NCBI RefSeq assembly: GCF_009914755.1
Contig: NC_060934.1
DNA: 64,000 nt
Strand: one strand, 5' to 3'
From: the human T2T-CHM13v2.0 reference genome, Homo sapiens
This document shows, one piece after another, positions 40,849 to 58,993 of the stretch. Below the pieces are notes generated by a model. It searched no databases. It saw only the letters and a list, made by a program, of their open reading frames with translations, and was not told where the DNA came from. Each line of letters opens with the position of its first letter. Positions within the stretch are counted from its first letter, which is position 1. A program made the translations under genes and the position numbers.

Positions 40849-41269
40849 GTGTAAGTCCATTCTTGCAATGCTAAAAAGAAATACCTGAGACTGGGTAATT
40901 TATAAAGAAAGAGGTTTAATTGGCTCATGATCCTGTGAGCTGTACAGGAAGCAAGGTGCTGGCATCTGCTCAGCTTCTGGGAAAGTCTCAGGAAACTTAT
41001 AATCATGGCGGAAGGCTAAGGGGGAGCTGGCATTCTGCGTGGCTGGAGCAGGAGGAAGAGAACGAGAGGGGAGGTACTACACACTTTTTAAACAACCAGA
41101 TCTCACGAGAACTCACGTTTGCAAGGACAGTACCAAGGAGGACGATGCTAAACCATTCATGGGAAATCCACCGCCACGACCCAATCGCTTCCCACCAGAC
41201 GCCGCCTCCAACATTGGGGATTGCAATTCAGCATGAGATTTGGTGGGGACAGAGATCCAAACCATATCA
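40849..41269 (-). mobile_element. MST (MSTA/B-like) solo LTR
   Basis: gtccattcttgcaatgctaaaaagaaatacctgagactggg...ccaaaccatatca. Confidence 0.9.
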
Positions 41270-41274
41270 GCATG

Positions 41275-41940
41275 TAATTATTTCTAAGTTTTTAATGTGG
41301 AAAATTCCAAACATACAAAAAAGTAATGGGAAGAATATAATGAGCCTCATGTCTCCATCACCCAATAATTAACTTGCGGCCAATTTTGTTTCCTTTGTAG
41401 TCCCTTTCATTATATCCACCCCCCTGAATTATTTTGAATCAAATCCTAGACATTGTATATTTTCATTTGTAAACAGTTTGTGTAAATCTCTAAGAGATAA
41501 GGATGCTCCTTCTAAATGTCCGCCAATACCTTCATCATACCCACCTCTAAATCAGCAATAATACCTAAATCATAGACTATCCAGATTATGTTCATATTTT
41601 CCAATTTATCCTTTAAGTTCTCTTGTTTCCCTCAACTGTTTGAATTAGGATCCAAACACGACCCATAACTTTCAGCCAGTTAATATGTAGCTGAAATCTC
41701 TTAAAAAAAAAAATCAACTTTACTAAGGTATAATTTACATATAATAAAATGTAAAAAGGCTGGAGTGCAGTGGTGCATTGATTTTTGGTGTTGAGTCTAT
41801 CTGCCGTTTAACCACCATCCCAATAAAGATATAGAATACTCCCATCACTCCAAAATGTCCCTCATGCTTCTTTGAAATCAATCTCCACCCTCCCTCAACA
41901 GCTCCAGGAAACCCCCATTAGCACTGTCACTGATTCAGAA
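41275..41940 (-). mobile_element. L1MC/ME 3' fragments
   Basis: aaacatacaaaaaagta...attattttgaatcaaatcctagaca...ggatccaaac; atagaatactcccatcactccaaaa. Confidence 0.65.
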
Positions 41941-42753
41941 TGCAGTTCTTCTGTAAATCTCTCTGATCATGGCCGCCTGGACAGCCCTTGCACCTGGTGT
42001 TTCTCTGTAGAGGCTATGGAGTTCTCTGGGGCCCTTGGGGGTTAGCCTCAGTTGTCTCAGGTCTTCTGGGCTAGCATTTTCTCAGTTCTGATTTTTTATA
42101 CTAATGTAACTCCATCTGGTATCTTCCCAGGATTTAAAAACATTTTATAGCCTTTTGATGGCCTTTCTTGTTTTCCTGTGCTATTATGATTTTGTTGTTA
42201 AAAATAATCTGTAACCTGTCAAACTCAGGGGGATATAAACAAAAAATAGTTTTTATTTCTTGCAGTCATTGCCTATAGCCATACTTTGTCAATTTCCTCT
42301 TTCCTGTCTCTTAATAAAATCTTGAGCAAATTCTTTAACATTTTAATTACTTTTGACTTAGTTCTATCCAGGCTGTAACTGTAATCTATAATTGGCTTAA
42401 ACTCTTCCCCCAGTCCAACTTGTGACTCCAGGGACCTATACTGTGAGGGGAGAGGCTTAATATGTTCTTGAAGTTCAGTCGTGTGTTGCTTAATGATACA
42501 GATACCTTCCGGAAAATGCATCATTAGGTGATTTTGTCCTTGTGTGAGTATCACAGAGTGTATTTACATAAAACTAGACGGTTGATCCACCTAGGCTATA
42601 TGGTAAGGCCTGTTGCTCCTAGCAAACCTACACAGGATGTTACTGTACTGAGTACTGTAGGCAATTGTAACACAATGGTAATAATTTATGTATATAAATA
42701 TATGGAAACATATAAAAAGTACAGTAAACATGTGGTATAAAAGATACAAAATG

Positions 42754-43078
<325 letters not shown>

Positions 43079-43582
43079 TCAAGGGCACTTACGTAAATGG
43101 GCAAATCAGTGAGTGAGTGGTGAGTGAATGGGAAGGCCTAGGACATTGCTGTGCACTACTGTATACTTTATTAACACTGTATGCTTAGGCTACACTAAAT
43201 TTATAAAAAAAAATTTTGCTTCCTTCAATAACACATTAACCTTAGCTTACTGTCAAGTTTTTTACTTTTTAAACTTTTTAATTTTTTAAAACTTTTGACT
43301 CTTTTGTAATAACACTTAGCTTAAAACACAAACACATTGTACAGGTGTACAAAAATATTTTCTTTCTTTATATCCCTGTTTTAAAAAGTTTTTTCTATAT
43401 TTTAAAATTTTTTACTTTGTAAACTTTTTTGTTAAAAACTAAGTCACAAATACATATGTTAGCCTAGGCCTACACAGGGTCAGGATCATCAGTAACACTG
43501 TCTTCCACCTCCGCAGCTTGTCCCACTGGAAGGTCTTCAGGGGCAATAACAGGTATGGAGCTGTCATCTCCTGTGACAATAA

Positions 43583-43969
<387 letters not shown>

Positions 43970-44220
43970 TACTTTTAACTATTTTTAAAAAATGTTTAAG
44001 TAGAAGGAAGTACACTCTAAAATAATAATAGTATAGTAAATTGATAAACCAGTAACATTGTCATTTATCATTATCAAATATTATGTGCTCTACACAATTG
44101 TATATGCTATACTTTTAGACAACTGTCAGCACAGGTTTGTTTACACCAACATCATCACAAGCATGTGAGTAATGTGCTATGCTGTGGCATGACAGCAGCT
44201 ACGATGTCACTGAGCAATAG

Positions 44221-44542
<322 letters not shown>

Positions 44543-44874
44543 TCCATTATAATCTTATGGGACCACCCTTGTATATGTGGTCCTTCATTGACTGAAACAT
44601 CATTTTGCGACACATGACTATGTATCTGCTTCTTTCCCTGAAACCAGTTCTTCCAGAATTGGCAGCAGGTGGTAGGGGCAGTGGAAACCGATCTGATGCC
44701 GGCAACTGCCCATGAGTGGAGGGAAGATATCTTGACTCTGCTCTGGCTTAGAAAGCTTCCATCTGGAGAGGGAGGCCTCCTCTGACTCAGGGCCTCCCTG
44801 GAGAAGGTGCTCAGTTTTCTCAAGGGGCAGTGACTGCCTGGAGAGAACATCAGCTGTGTCTCACTTCAGCCTGT

Positions 44875-44897
44875 GCTGATGGTTTACCTATGTAGCT

Positions 44898-44936
<39 letters not shown>

Positions 44937-45067
44937 TGTTTCCTAAGCCACGCTGATGGTCTAGCCATATAGCTAAGTGTGTGTGTGTGTTTGTGTTTCC
45001 TAAGCCACGCTGATGGTCTAGCCATATAGCTAAGTGTGTGTGTGTGTGTTTGAGTTTCCTAAGCCAT
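44875..45067. repeat. 3-copy minisatellite with an embedded (TG)n
   Basis: Units of 77/57/59 bp: gctgatggt..agctaag(TG)16/6/7 tttgtgtttcctaagcca(c/t). Confidence 0.95.
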
Positions 45068-45120
45068 ATGGCTCAGAATTGAGAAAGTGCAGTTCCTCAT
45101 TGAAAATGTGGGATTCCCCA

Positions 45121-45606
45121 TTCTACTATAAAGACACATGCACACGTGTGTTTATTGCGGCGCTATTCACAATAGCAAAGTCTTGGAACCAACCCAAATG
45201 TCCATCAATAATACACTGGATAAGGAAAATGTGGCACATATACACCATGGAATACTATGCAGCCATAAAAAAGGATGAGTTCACGTCCTTTGCAGGGACA
45301 TGGATGAAGCTGGAAACCATCATTCTCAGCAAACTATCGCAAGAACAGAAAACCAAACACCGCATGTTCTCAATCGTAAGTGGTAGTTGAACAATAAGAA
45401 CACATGGACATAGGGAGGGGAACATCACACACTAGGGCTTGTTGGTGGGTGGGGGGCTAGGGGAGGGATAGCATTAGGAGAAATACCTAATGTAGGTGAC
45501 GGGTTGATGGGTGCAGCAAACCACCATGGCACGTGTATACCTATGTAACAAAACTGCACATTCTGCACATGTATCCCAGAACTTAAAGTATAATACCAAT
45601 AAAAAG
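45121..45606 (+). mobile_element. L1PA-type 3' end
   Basis: ORF2 C-terminus (FIAALFTIAKSWNQPKCPS...), G-rich 3'UTR, gaacttaaagtataat; TSD gaaaatgtgggat(t/c)ccc. Confidence 0.95.
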
Positions 45607-45900
45607 TTGAAAATGTGGGATCCCCTTACAATGAAGGTGAGGAAAAGGAGGCTATGTGAACAGATGCCCAACACATATGCTTAAAGACCTTACCTTCTGA
45701 ACAGTTACATATAGAAAAGGAGAAGCCATTTTCCCAAAAGAAAATGGAATGGTCTACATTAAAGAAAATGGTATGGACTACATTATGGCCTCTTTTACAT
45801 CTTCCCTGAATATGTATTTTATTCTTTTGGAGAAATATGCTGAGCAGGAAGATTGGGATTTAAACCTTCAGGAGCTGCAGTGCTTTCTCTTTTTATGCTA

Positions 45901-45964
45901 ACTTCCTTCCTTCCTTCCTTCCCTCCTTTTTCTTTCTTTCTTTCTTTCTTTTTCTTTTTCTTTC
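45901..45964. repeat. (CCTT)/(CTTT) polypyrimidine simple repeat
   Basis: Seen directly. Confidence 0.9.
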
Positions 45965-47097
45965 ACAAAGGTGATGGTGAGAAAATGTTTGGATTTTTTT
46001 ATTACAGCTTGATAGTAATCTCATGTTTGTATTATAGCTCATGTCTTCCTGGATTTGTCTGTCTTTCTTGAATTGACTTGTAAGTTGCTTTTAAATCTCA
46101 ACTGTGTCTGAGACCAGGATAGTCTTTATCTCTCTAGTCTCTGTCTTCGAATTGTCTCAGCAGAGATACAGCAGCTTTTGTTCTGTGTTTCTCAGGCTAT
46201 CATTAAATGCAAGACTGCAAGCCTGTCTGAACAGGCTTGTGAACCAGGGATGAATTTCTTTTCTTTCAAAAATGAATCATCATGAGACTCCACCCATGCT
46301 GGAAGCACATTTAATAAAGGAACAACTCCAGATGGTTGAAGGTAGATAGCTTTAAATTCAGAACATTTTTCATTATAATTGCAATACCATGCACAGATTT
46401 AAACTGACACTTTGGGGAGTTTACAGATGAGATGCACTGCAATCTACTACCAGGCATCATGGTCACTAGGTTTTATTGTTTTAGAAATGGCATAATGACT
46501 ATTGAAAAGCACTAATTGCCCACAGTTTGGTGTGATGGAAGAGCACATTACATCTGTTCTACCCTGTAGACCTTTGTTTCACAAAGACAATTTAAAGTAC
46601 ATAAGAAAACAATCACAGATTGTTTTAATCTCCACAACATTTGCAAATTATTTTTCTTAAATCAGAGGGCATTTTAAATACATTTTTTTTTTTAGCAAAT
46701 AAAATCCTTTAATGAAAGTAGTAAAGTGGAGGAGGAAGAGGATGGGCTGGATTTGGATTCTAGGTTTTATCCAGCTTCTCACAGGATTTATGAGCATAGT
46801 GATGTTGTTCAAACTCAGTGGGGTTGGTAGTTTCCTTTATAGTGAACAGGGAGCGAGACTGAATAATTTCTCAGGCCTCTTACGGCCACAAAGTTCACTG
46901 ATTCTGGGTTGTATTAAAAGAATCAAGAAAACACGAAGTAAATTATTCCTATCATCCTCTTGGTTATTAAATAATAAGTCTGTTTTATTAATTTTAATTT
47001 TGGCATTAAACATTTAGAAAATATTTTGAGGTAGATCTGCTACCCCACTATGTTTTATAATTTCGTGTTGCTGATATAAATGAAAACTTTGATTTGA

Positions 47098-47427
<330 letters not shown>

Positions 47428-47429
47428 TG

Positions 47430-48900
47430 TATATATTTAGCTTTAAACAGTTGTGTTACTGAATGTTTTTGGTTCTAATAGGTTTTTAGTTGAGGTGCAT
47501 GGTTTTCCTGGGAATAAAATCTATAAATAATAATTTCAGAACCTCAAGAACAACGTTGAAAAGTAGTGGTAATAACAGGCATCCTTTCCTGTTTTGACTT
47601 CAGTATCATACTTTTATGTAATATGCTGTTTGCTGTTGATATATGTTGAATACCCTATCAAATTTAGAACTTTTTAAAATTATAATTTTACTCAGAATTT
47701 TTACATGATGCTTTTCTGACATCTATTAAAATAAGCATATGGATTTTTCATCTTTAACCTACTGATACAATGAATTGCACTAATAGATTTCCTGATGTTA
47801 AACCACTTAATAATTTTAACCCATCCTGAAATCCCTGTAATAAACCCAACTTGCTTACTGCGCTTCAAAAATATGCTTTCAAGGGAAAGCTTATACACTG
47901 CTGGTGGGAATGTAAATTAGTACAGCTTCTATGGAAAACAGTATGGAGGTTTCTTAAAGAACTAAAAGTAGATCAACCCTTAGATCCATTCTACACATTC
48001 TACCCAAAGGAAAATAAGTCGTTATATCAAAAAGCACCTGCACACTTAACATGTGTATTTATTTATTGCAGCACAATTCACAATTGCAAAGATATGGAAC
48101 CAACCTAAGTGCCCATTGACCAATAAGTGGCTAAAAAAATGTGGCATGTATATATGTATATATATACACACACACCATGGAATACTACTCAGCCATAAAA
48201 AGGAAAAAATAATGTCTTTTGCAGCAATTTGGATGGAGCTGGAGGCCATTATTCTAAATGAAGTAACTCAGGAATGGCAAACCAAAATATATATTAAAAA
48301 AACAAAAACAAAAAATATACTTTCAAATTCATTTTGTTCATATATTGAGTAAGGTTTTTCATCTATATTATTAATAATGCAAGACTATAAATTTTTTTAA
48401 CTTAAAAATTATATTTTGAATCAAAGTTATGTCTACTTCTCAAAATATTTTGGAAAAAATTTTCATCTTCTTTCATTTTCTGTTATGATTTGAATAGCAT
48501 AGGAATTAACTATTCTTTTAAGGACAGATAGAATTTATGGACAAAAGTATTTGGGCCTGGTTCCTACTGTAGTGGTAGATGTTTGACATATTTTCCCCAA
48601 GAATTCTATCGTGATTGTTCAGTTCTATCTCTTCCTGAGTCTGTTTTGGCAATTCATTTTACTAACAGCCATCAATTTCATCTTGGTATTCAAATTTATT
48701 GGCAATAACCAGTTATTTTCATTAACTATTTTAATTGCTCTCATATTTGTAGTCTCATTTCTAATTTTTCTTACTTTCCTGCTTTCTTTTTTCCCCCATT
48801 TTTTGAATTGTTTTGAAGGGGTTAGTCCTTTTCATTCAGCTTTTCAAAGACCCCACTTTTGGCTTTCCTTATAACATGCTTAGATTTCAAACAGAAAAAG
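47430..48900 (-). mobile_element. old L1M ORF2 fragments
   Basis: aggcatcctttcctgttttgactt...ttttctgacatctatt...gatttcctgatgttaaacc...tgaatagcataggaatt...tttgggcctgg. Confidence 0.8.
47883..48310 (+). mobile_element. L1PB/MA ORF2 3' fragment lacking its 3'UTR
   Basis: [21 protein letters not shown] and FIAAQFTIAKIWNQPKCP; TSD aaaaatat(g/a)ctttcaa. Confidence 0.9.
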
Positions 48901-49647
48901 GAATTTAACTTTTGGGTTAATTATTTATTTGGTCCACTACATTGAAGATAGTCCCAAAAGTTCACTGGTTATTTTGTCTGCTCCCCGAAAACCCCCTTTA
49001 CTTCATAAATATAGTTTAGAAGAGGGCCAGGACAGGGGATTTGGGTCAGGGAAATTAACCTTGACTGCACTGTGAGCCACTGCGAACCACTTTGTGACTT
49101 TATTACTATGCAACATTGATTAATGTACACTCTAGAACTAACTGCTGGAAGGAGACACTGCTGGGCAGCTTGAAGGCTTGAGGAAGAGGAAAGGCAGAGG
49201 GAAGGAGGGGAGAGAAGGGGAAGGGAGCAGAGAGTTGGGGTTGGGGGAGAAGGAATGCTTTAGCTTTTCAAATGATAGAAACTTTTGTCCTTTGTTTTAA
49301 CCTCTTCAGCTGCCCAAGCCACTCCCAGAGCTGTGATCCTTCAGTGCCTCTGGTTTCCAATAGTTTCTCAAAAGTCCCCTGTGTAGTTTAGCTCTTCACA
49401 TCCTCTCCTGGCAGAACACACAATATAAATGTAAACTGTCATCATCATGGCCCGGGACCCCAGGGAAAGAGATGAGATTTTCTTGTGAGACTGAGAAAAG
49501 CAGCAGGAGCAGGTGTGGGGAAGGGTTGTTTTGCAAACCAAATGTTGTGGAATGGTTTTTACAGTCTTGGGGGAGACACAGTGTTTACTAAGAGGAAGTG
49601 GATAATGGTCCTCAGGTTGTTCCGTCTACAATAGTGAAGAATAAGCA

Positions 49648-49803
49648 GACGGTGTGCGCCTGTGGTCCCAGCTACTTGGAAGGCTGAGGTGGGAGAGTTG
49701 CTTGAGCCCAAAAGTTTGAGGCTACAGCGCGCTATGAGAGGTACCATTGCACTCCAGCCAGGACCACAGAGTGAGATGCTGTCTCAAAAAAAAAAAAAAA
49801 AAG
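49648..49803 (+). mobile_element. Alu right monomer/FRAM
   Basis: gcgcctgtggtcccagctact...gcttgagccc through to an A tail. Confidence 0.9.
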
Positions 49804-50054
49804 AAATGCAGACAAGATCAGTGTATTCAGGGTACTGGTGAGTGCCTGTTGGGCCCAGGAATTTGAATCCAGTTTGGGCAACATAACGAGATCCCATCTC
49901 TCCAAGAAAGGAAGAAGCAGCAGATGTAGCTGATGATCTAGCTTAGCACTCTCAATGCCTGCTCCTGCCATGCTGATGCTGGGCTTTGCTCAGAAGTGAG
50001 GGGCATATAGGTGGCACTCCCTAAAAATAGGTGGCAATCACTTGTTCATTTTCT

Positions 50055-50295
50055 CAAAGTGGGTCAACATTAGTTCCCATCCAGGGTGATTTTGCCCCCC
50101 CGGAGCAAAATCATTTGGCATTTGGCAATGTCTGGAGACATTTTTGGTTGTCACAACTTGGACTACTCCAAGGAGTACCACTGTCATGTAGTGGCATGGA
50201 GGCCTGGATGCTGCTGGACGACTTACAATGCACAGGACAGCCCCACAGCAAAGAACTATTTAGCCTCCAGTGTCAGTCCTGCTCAGGATGAGGGG
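50055..50295. mobile_element. MER20 hAT MITE
   Basis: gggtgattttgcccccc...tttggcaatgtctggagacatttttggttgtcacaact...acaatgcacaggacagcccc. Confidence 0.9.
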
Positions 50296-50754
50296 CTCTG
50301 GGTGAGGGTGATGCCCAGCATGCAACATTCAGCCTGGGGATGTTGGTCGAATGGTCAGGAGCTTTCAGTAGGGCAGCACTGGTCAGTATGATTTCAGGGG
50401 ATCCATTTTTGTAATTTTTTTGCCTAATTTTTTTAAGTCCATGAATGAGACATGATTACATTCATAGTGCAGAAGATTTAAACAATTCAGGAGTGAGGAG
50501 AACAAAGTGTGACTGTTCTGTTTGCTTTCCTTTCTTGCTTTTACCCTTTTCCTCCTCTTCTCTCCACCCTTTCCTTTCTGGGGGCCTGGTCCAGGTGTCT
50601 TCAGCTGCTCACACATTTTTTTCTTACATAAATGGCATCATTCCACACCCACTCTTATATAACTTACTCTTTTCACTTAGCATTTGAGTAAATCAACTTC
50701 CAGGCTGTTCAAAGTTTCACAATGAATAGATAGTCTCATATTGTGGAAGTAATC

Positions 50755-50900
50755 AAAGTAGCACTACTTTATGGCACCTGCTCTATGCCAGGCAGGATTC
50801 CAGAGTCTCTGCATGTGACTTCTTTAGTCCTCATAAAACCTTGTGGGTTAGGTGCTATTTTATGGATCAGGAAACGGAAGCACTCAGAGGCAATCTGGGT
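50755..50900 (-). mobile_element. MIR
   Basis: tatgccaggca...tttagtcctcataaaacctt...aggaaacggaagcactcagag. Confidence 0.7.
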
Positions 50901-51746
50901 GAGTCCTCACTTTTTACCCCTGCACTGTCCAGAAAAGCTATTATCTGTGGAGCAGGGAACCTTTGGTGACATCCACAGGTATCATTGAATGCCAGTCATG
51001 TGCTCAGCACTGTGCCAGATATCCCTGCCCTCCAGGAACTCCTGGTCTTGGGGGAAATAACAGACAGACAGACAGAAAGCAGCAGCTCACAGCAGCTCAG
51101 TGTGGCAGGGGCAGCAATAGGGACAAACTTCATAGACAACAGTCACCACTTGATTTATGCCTCAACACCCAGAGGACAGTCCAGAGCCATTGTTAATTAG
51201 AAATGGCCCATCCTCATAATTCAGCCTTTGTGTCTCTGACTTTTGAAGCATGCCTCATCATAACTTGCTTCATGATCTTGTTCCCAAGTTTTGTAACAGG
51301 AGCTGTCAGTAATCAAAATAATTCTTCTGGCTTTGTAAAATGGGAGGGTTTGGAATGCTGCTGTCTTTATTCCATTTCCAGAGCAGCACTTTAGATATAC
51401 TTCTCATCATTTCCCAACTTTCAAATGCATTTCATTAAATATATCACTCCTTTCCCTCCCTATTCTGTAATGTCATTTTTCTCTTTTACGAAGGATGACT
51501 TTCCAATAGTTTAAGAGAGCAAAATACTCACACGCCCACTAGAATATAATCCAGCTAAAGGAGAACTTAGTTATCTCTGGGTTGTGCCAGGCACTATAGC
51601 AGGTGCTAGGGAGGAGCTCATGGGGACATTCACAATGTCTTCTGACAATGGGATGAGTGAAATATAAAGACCACACACAGAGGGTTATAGGAATCTGGGG
51701 TAGGATGTGGTTGCAGCTATTTGTCCATGTACCAGGATGCATCACA

Positions 51747-51859
51747 CAGGGTGACCAACCATCCCTGTTTGCTTAGGACTAAGGAATTTCCAGGATGCAA
51801 GGTGTTTGGTGCTAACATCAAGAAAGTTCCAACAAATTGCGACAATTTGGTCATCATGG
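51747..51859. mobile_element. MER94-like hAT-Blackjack MITE
   Basis: TIRs cagggtgaccaa / ttggtcatcatg. Confidence 0.7.
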
Positions 51860-52504
<645 letters not shown>

Positions 52505-52933
52505 ATGGATTAGCATAACTCTACACTTTCTGTGAGAACTCTGGCCAAGTTAGCCATGGATTGTAAAAAAGATAAAAAAAGGGCAGGTGACCACGAAAGT
52601 CTATGGTAATGATGAGATTGCAGGTCTGGTTATTCAGACACTTGAGGGATTGCCGGCTGCACCCCTAATGTTTGTGCTGTGGTGAGGTTCAACATCTTCT
52701 GTGCTATCTGAGCTGTTTTTATTGTTATAGGCTTGGGGGCTGACCTCTAAGAGCCTTTCCAGGAGGCCAGACTTGGGAATCTGCTGCTATCCCTGCTGGC
52801 AGACTGCAGAAGGCTGACTCCTGCTTTCTGGACAACTGCTAGTGTATTAATTTGTCATATGAAATAGGACTACCAGAGGGCTGAACATGCATGTCTTCTG
52901 ACCTATGTTCCCTGTAAGGGGAAATTTACACAG

Positions 52934-53345
52934 TGTATTAGTCAGGGGATAAGTTCAACTGAATGAGACAGGTCCAAGATCCAAGTTTCATGGTAGCCCA
53001 AATGCCACAGAAATTTGGTTATTTGCATATAAAAGTCCAAACTCAGAAAGACCTTAGGGACCCAATTTTCTTCTATTTATGTTTTCATCATCCTAGGGTG
53101 TGGCCTCACCCATGTGATCCAAGAATGCCCCCTACCATGTCTGCTTTCCAGCCAGTGAGAAGGCAGAAGGAGAAAAAGGCTGATGCATTTCTTCTAGGAA
53201 GGAGCTTGACACAGAGGTTGCCCATAACACTTCTCATATCCTATTGGCTAGAACTAAGTCACATGGATAAGCCTGGCTGCAAGGGTATGTGGGAAATATA
53301 GTCTTTATTCTAGGTGGCCATATATTCAGCTAGATGTTCTATTAA
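52934..53345 (-). mobile_element. MLT1 (I/J-like) LTR
   Basis: tgtattagtcagg...ctttccagccag...ctattggctagaactaagtcacatgg...gggaaatatagtcttta. Confidence 0.75.
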
Positions 53346-53689
53346 AAAACGAAGGAGATAAGAATATGCCACCACAAAATATGCCATTTTAAAAAAGACC
53401 TACAATCTCTTTTCAATTTTCTTTTTTTCAATTTTCTTTCAATTGAGAACCAAGAGATCCAGGAAGAATTCTCTGTCCTCCTCTTATCTGCCTAAAAGCA
53501 GGGGATAAATTTCCCTATGAGAAGTACCTCGTCTGAACCAGGAGTAGTAACTCATCACCGAAGGCAGAGAGTGGATACTGAGATGAGTTTGCATAAACAG
53601 GCCTTACTAATAAAAACTAACAGCTATTAGTTTTCCTGTAACTCTCCTAGTCCCTTCCCCACAATTTATTGTCCCTTACAACCCAACCC

Positions 53690-56000
<2,311 letters not shown>

Positions 56001-56764
56001 CAACCTCTGTCTTGCTTAAAAAACCCAATCCCTTTTTCCTTGTTAAAATGGCATATAAGCCCCAGTTCTGTCTGCTTCTTTGAGTTTCACTTCTTTTCTG
56101 TGAACTCTCATGCATGTAAATAACTAAAAATGTGTACCTCATCTCCTTTTAAATCTGCCTTTTGTTTGTTTAATTCACAGCCCTCCATGTAAACAACAAG
56201 AGGGGAGAGAAGAAGTTTATCTTCTTTGACAGAAAGAAGGGGAAAATTAGTATCAGGAAGGTAATTAAAAGCCTCTGCCTTATCTTGAAAGCCAAGTTAC
56301 GATAAGGATATTGTTGGCTGAGCACAGAATTGAAGAAACGGGTGAGAGCTGGATGTTTCACTGCTGTTAGAGCCTTTACTGGCTATTTCCAGACAACTCA
56401 AGTTTGCAGACCATGTCACTGTATGCCCATCGAGGGCACTTGGGGCCCCCTGATCTCTTTCTCTGCTATTCTTTCTGTGTGTTCCAGGCTGTCCAGCTTC
56501 CTCCTTTTCAGTATAGAACCAAGAATCCTGCTCATCGTGTAGGAGTGTGGGGTTTGATTTTTTTGGTGGAATGACAAGTACTTTTTCACTAGACTTTAAG
56601 CTTCATGCAGCTAAGGAGTGCATCTCTCTTATTTACCACCATCTGGGATTGGTGCCTGGCATATCCCAATAAGGAACTCTATATATATTTGTTAAATTAG
56701 CAGCTGATCTTTCCTCTTCTGATATCTTCACTCCTTAGAGGTGTTAAACTCATTTGCTCTATAG

Positions 56765-57130
<366 letters not shown>

Positions 57131-57330
57131 TAGTCTCTCACAAAGTTAATATTGAAGTATCTGTCTCATCCTTTAGGTGGGTGGTGATTTCATGTTCAAC
57201 TCTGAATGTTTGGGGGAACCTTGACATTCCCTGTTCTTATTTACTGTTCTTGAAATAATTTGCTACACCACTTGCTAGTGAATTTAACTTCTTTTAGCTT
57301 GCTGCTGATTCCCTATGTATCAGAAAGTAA

Positions 57331-57690
<360 letters not shown>

Positions 57691-58744
57691 TTAAACCACA
57701 CAATGCCCTTGAGTTTTTAAAAATACAACAGACCTTTATTGAGGCAACCCAATTTTTTAACATCCTCCACAGGTCTCTGGGATTTGGGCACTTGAGCCTT
57801 TTCTAATAGTATATTTATAGGTGTAAACTGTAAAGGGTCTTGGATTTTCTTCCTCCAGGCATGTTTGGAGAAAAGACTTCTTGGTAGGAGAGCAACTTTA
57901 AAAATTATTGACTAAGCCTGGAGCTTATATGATATAAACTCTTTATGAGATTGTCAGGAAAAGATTACAATTTGGGCTTGTAGGAACAATACCTGTCATG
58001 AGGCCCACAGGCTACATCCTGATATCAGAGAGGGGGAATATATGACCAAAAATATACATACTGTTAGCACGTTCCTACAGAGAAGGAACTCACATTCCAG
58101 TGTTTTCCAGATCATTCCTGTTAACAAGGAATTCTCTATTTCACACAATGAGGATCTCTCAGAGGACATGGAAACCAAATACAGTAGAGGAGTGGGATAC
58201 TGGGAGTAAGTGACTAAGAGAAGAGGCTCTACAATCCAAGCTCTGAGAAATCATTGCTGGGTGTCTCTCAGGCAAGAGCTTGGAGAAGTTGGCGTTAATG
58301 AGTAAGAATGAATGACGAATTGGTTTTCCTGGTATCTACTGACTGGAAACTTACTATTTTTTTCATTTATACTCCTAATCACTGAGTGCTTATTGTGTGC
58401 AAGTTGCTAATTAAATTTTGATTAAAAAGTTGCAAGTCTTCACTTTCCAGGAGTTTACAAGGTACTTAGAAAGAGTGCAAATGACAGGTTCAGAAGACTT
58501 ATTTTCTAAGAGCTTGTTGTTGACTTTGCTATGTTTTCTCTCAAAGTTCCATTTCCTTGCTTCAGATCTTGGTTTCTTTTAGGTCAAAGCTAGGTTTAGT
58601 TGAATGCAGGAAATAATGGAAGAGGCAAAGTCAGATAAGTCATTAATATTAAGACTGAAGTGGACTGTTCCAGTAAAGTGTGGATTTGTACCTCCTGGGA
58701 GCTGGTGGATAGGCTCCAAATGCCCCTGAATCTGCAGTGATTAT

Positions 58745-58940
58745 TGCATTTATAGAACACTTCTTATGGGCTAAGTGCTTATGTGGGTCATAGAATTTCA
58801 TTCCTATAACAGCTTTAGGTGGCATGTAGGTATTATTTTTGGACACATTATACAGATTGGGAAACTGAGGATCCAAGAGCAAAGTTACACAGCTAGGAAG
58901 TAGCTGAGTCAGATTTCAGACCTAGAGAGTCAGATTTCAG
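58745..58940 (-). mobile_element. MIR
   Basis: ctaagtgctt...tatacagattgggaaactgagg...ttacacagctaggaagt. Confidence 0.8.
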
Positions 58941-58993
58941 GGATGACTTGTGGACTGACGTTCCACACAAGTGAGTACATTTCATCCATGTCT

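Noticed and set aside
44875-45067. CRISPR-like repeat-spacer appearance
   Set aside because: The spacers are just (TG)n, the context is eukaryotic and there are no cas genes.
46218-46239. Hairpin caagcctgt-ctga-acaggcttg
   Set aside because: An isolated 9-bp stem is plausible by chance in 64 kb, and there is no RNA-gene context.
50004-50038. Two TAGGTGGCA CTCF-like cores
   Set aside because: The 5' half of the CTCF motif is missing in both, so they are too weak to call.
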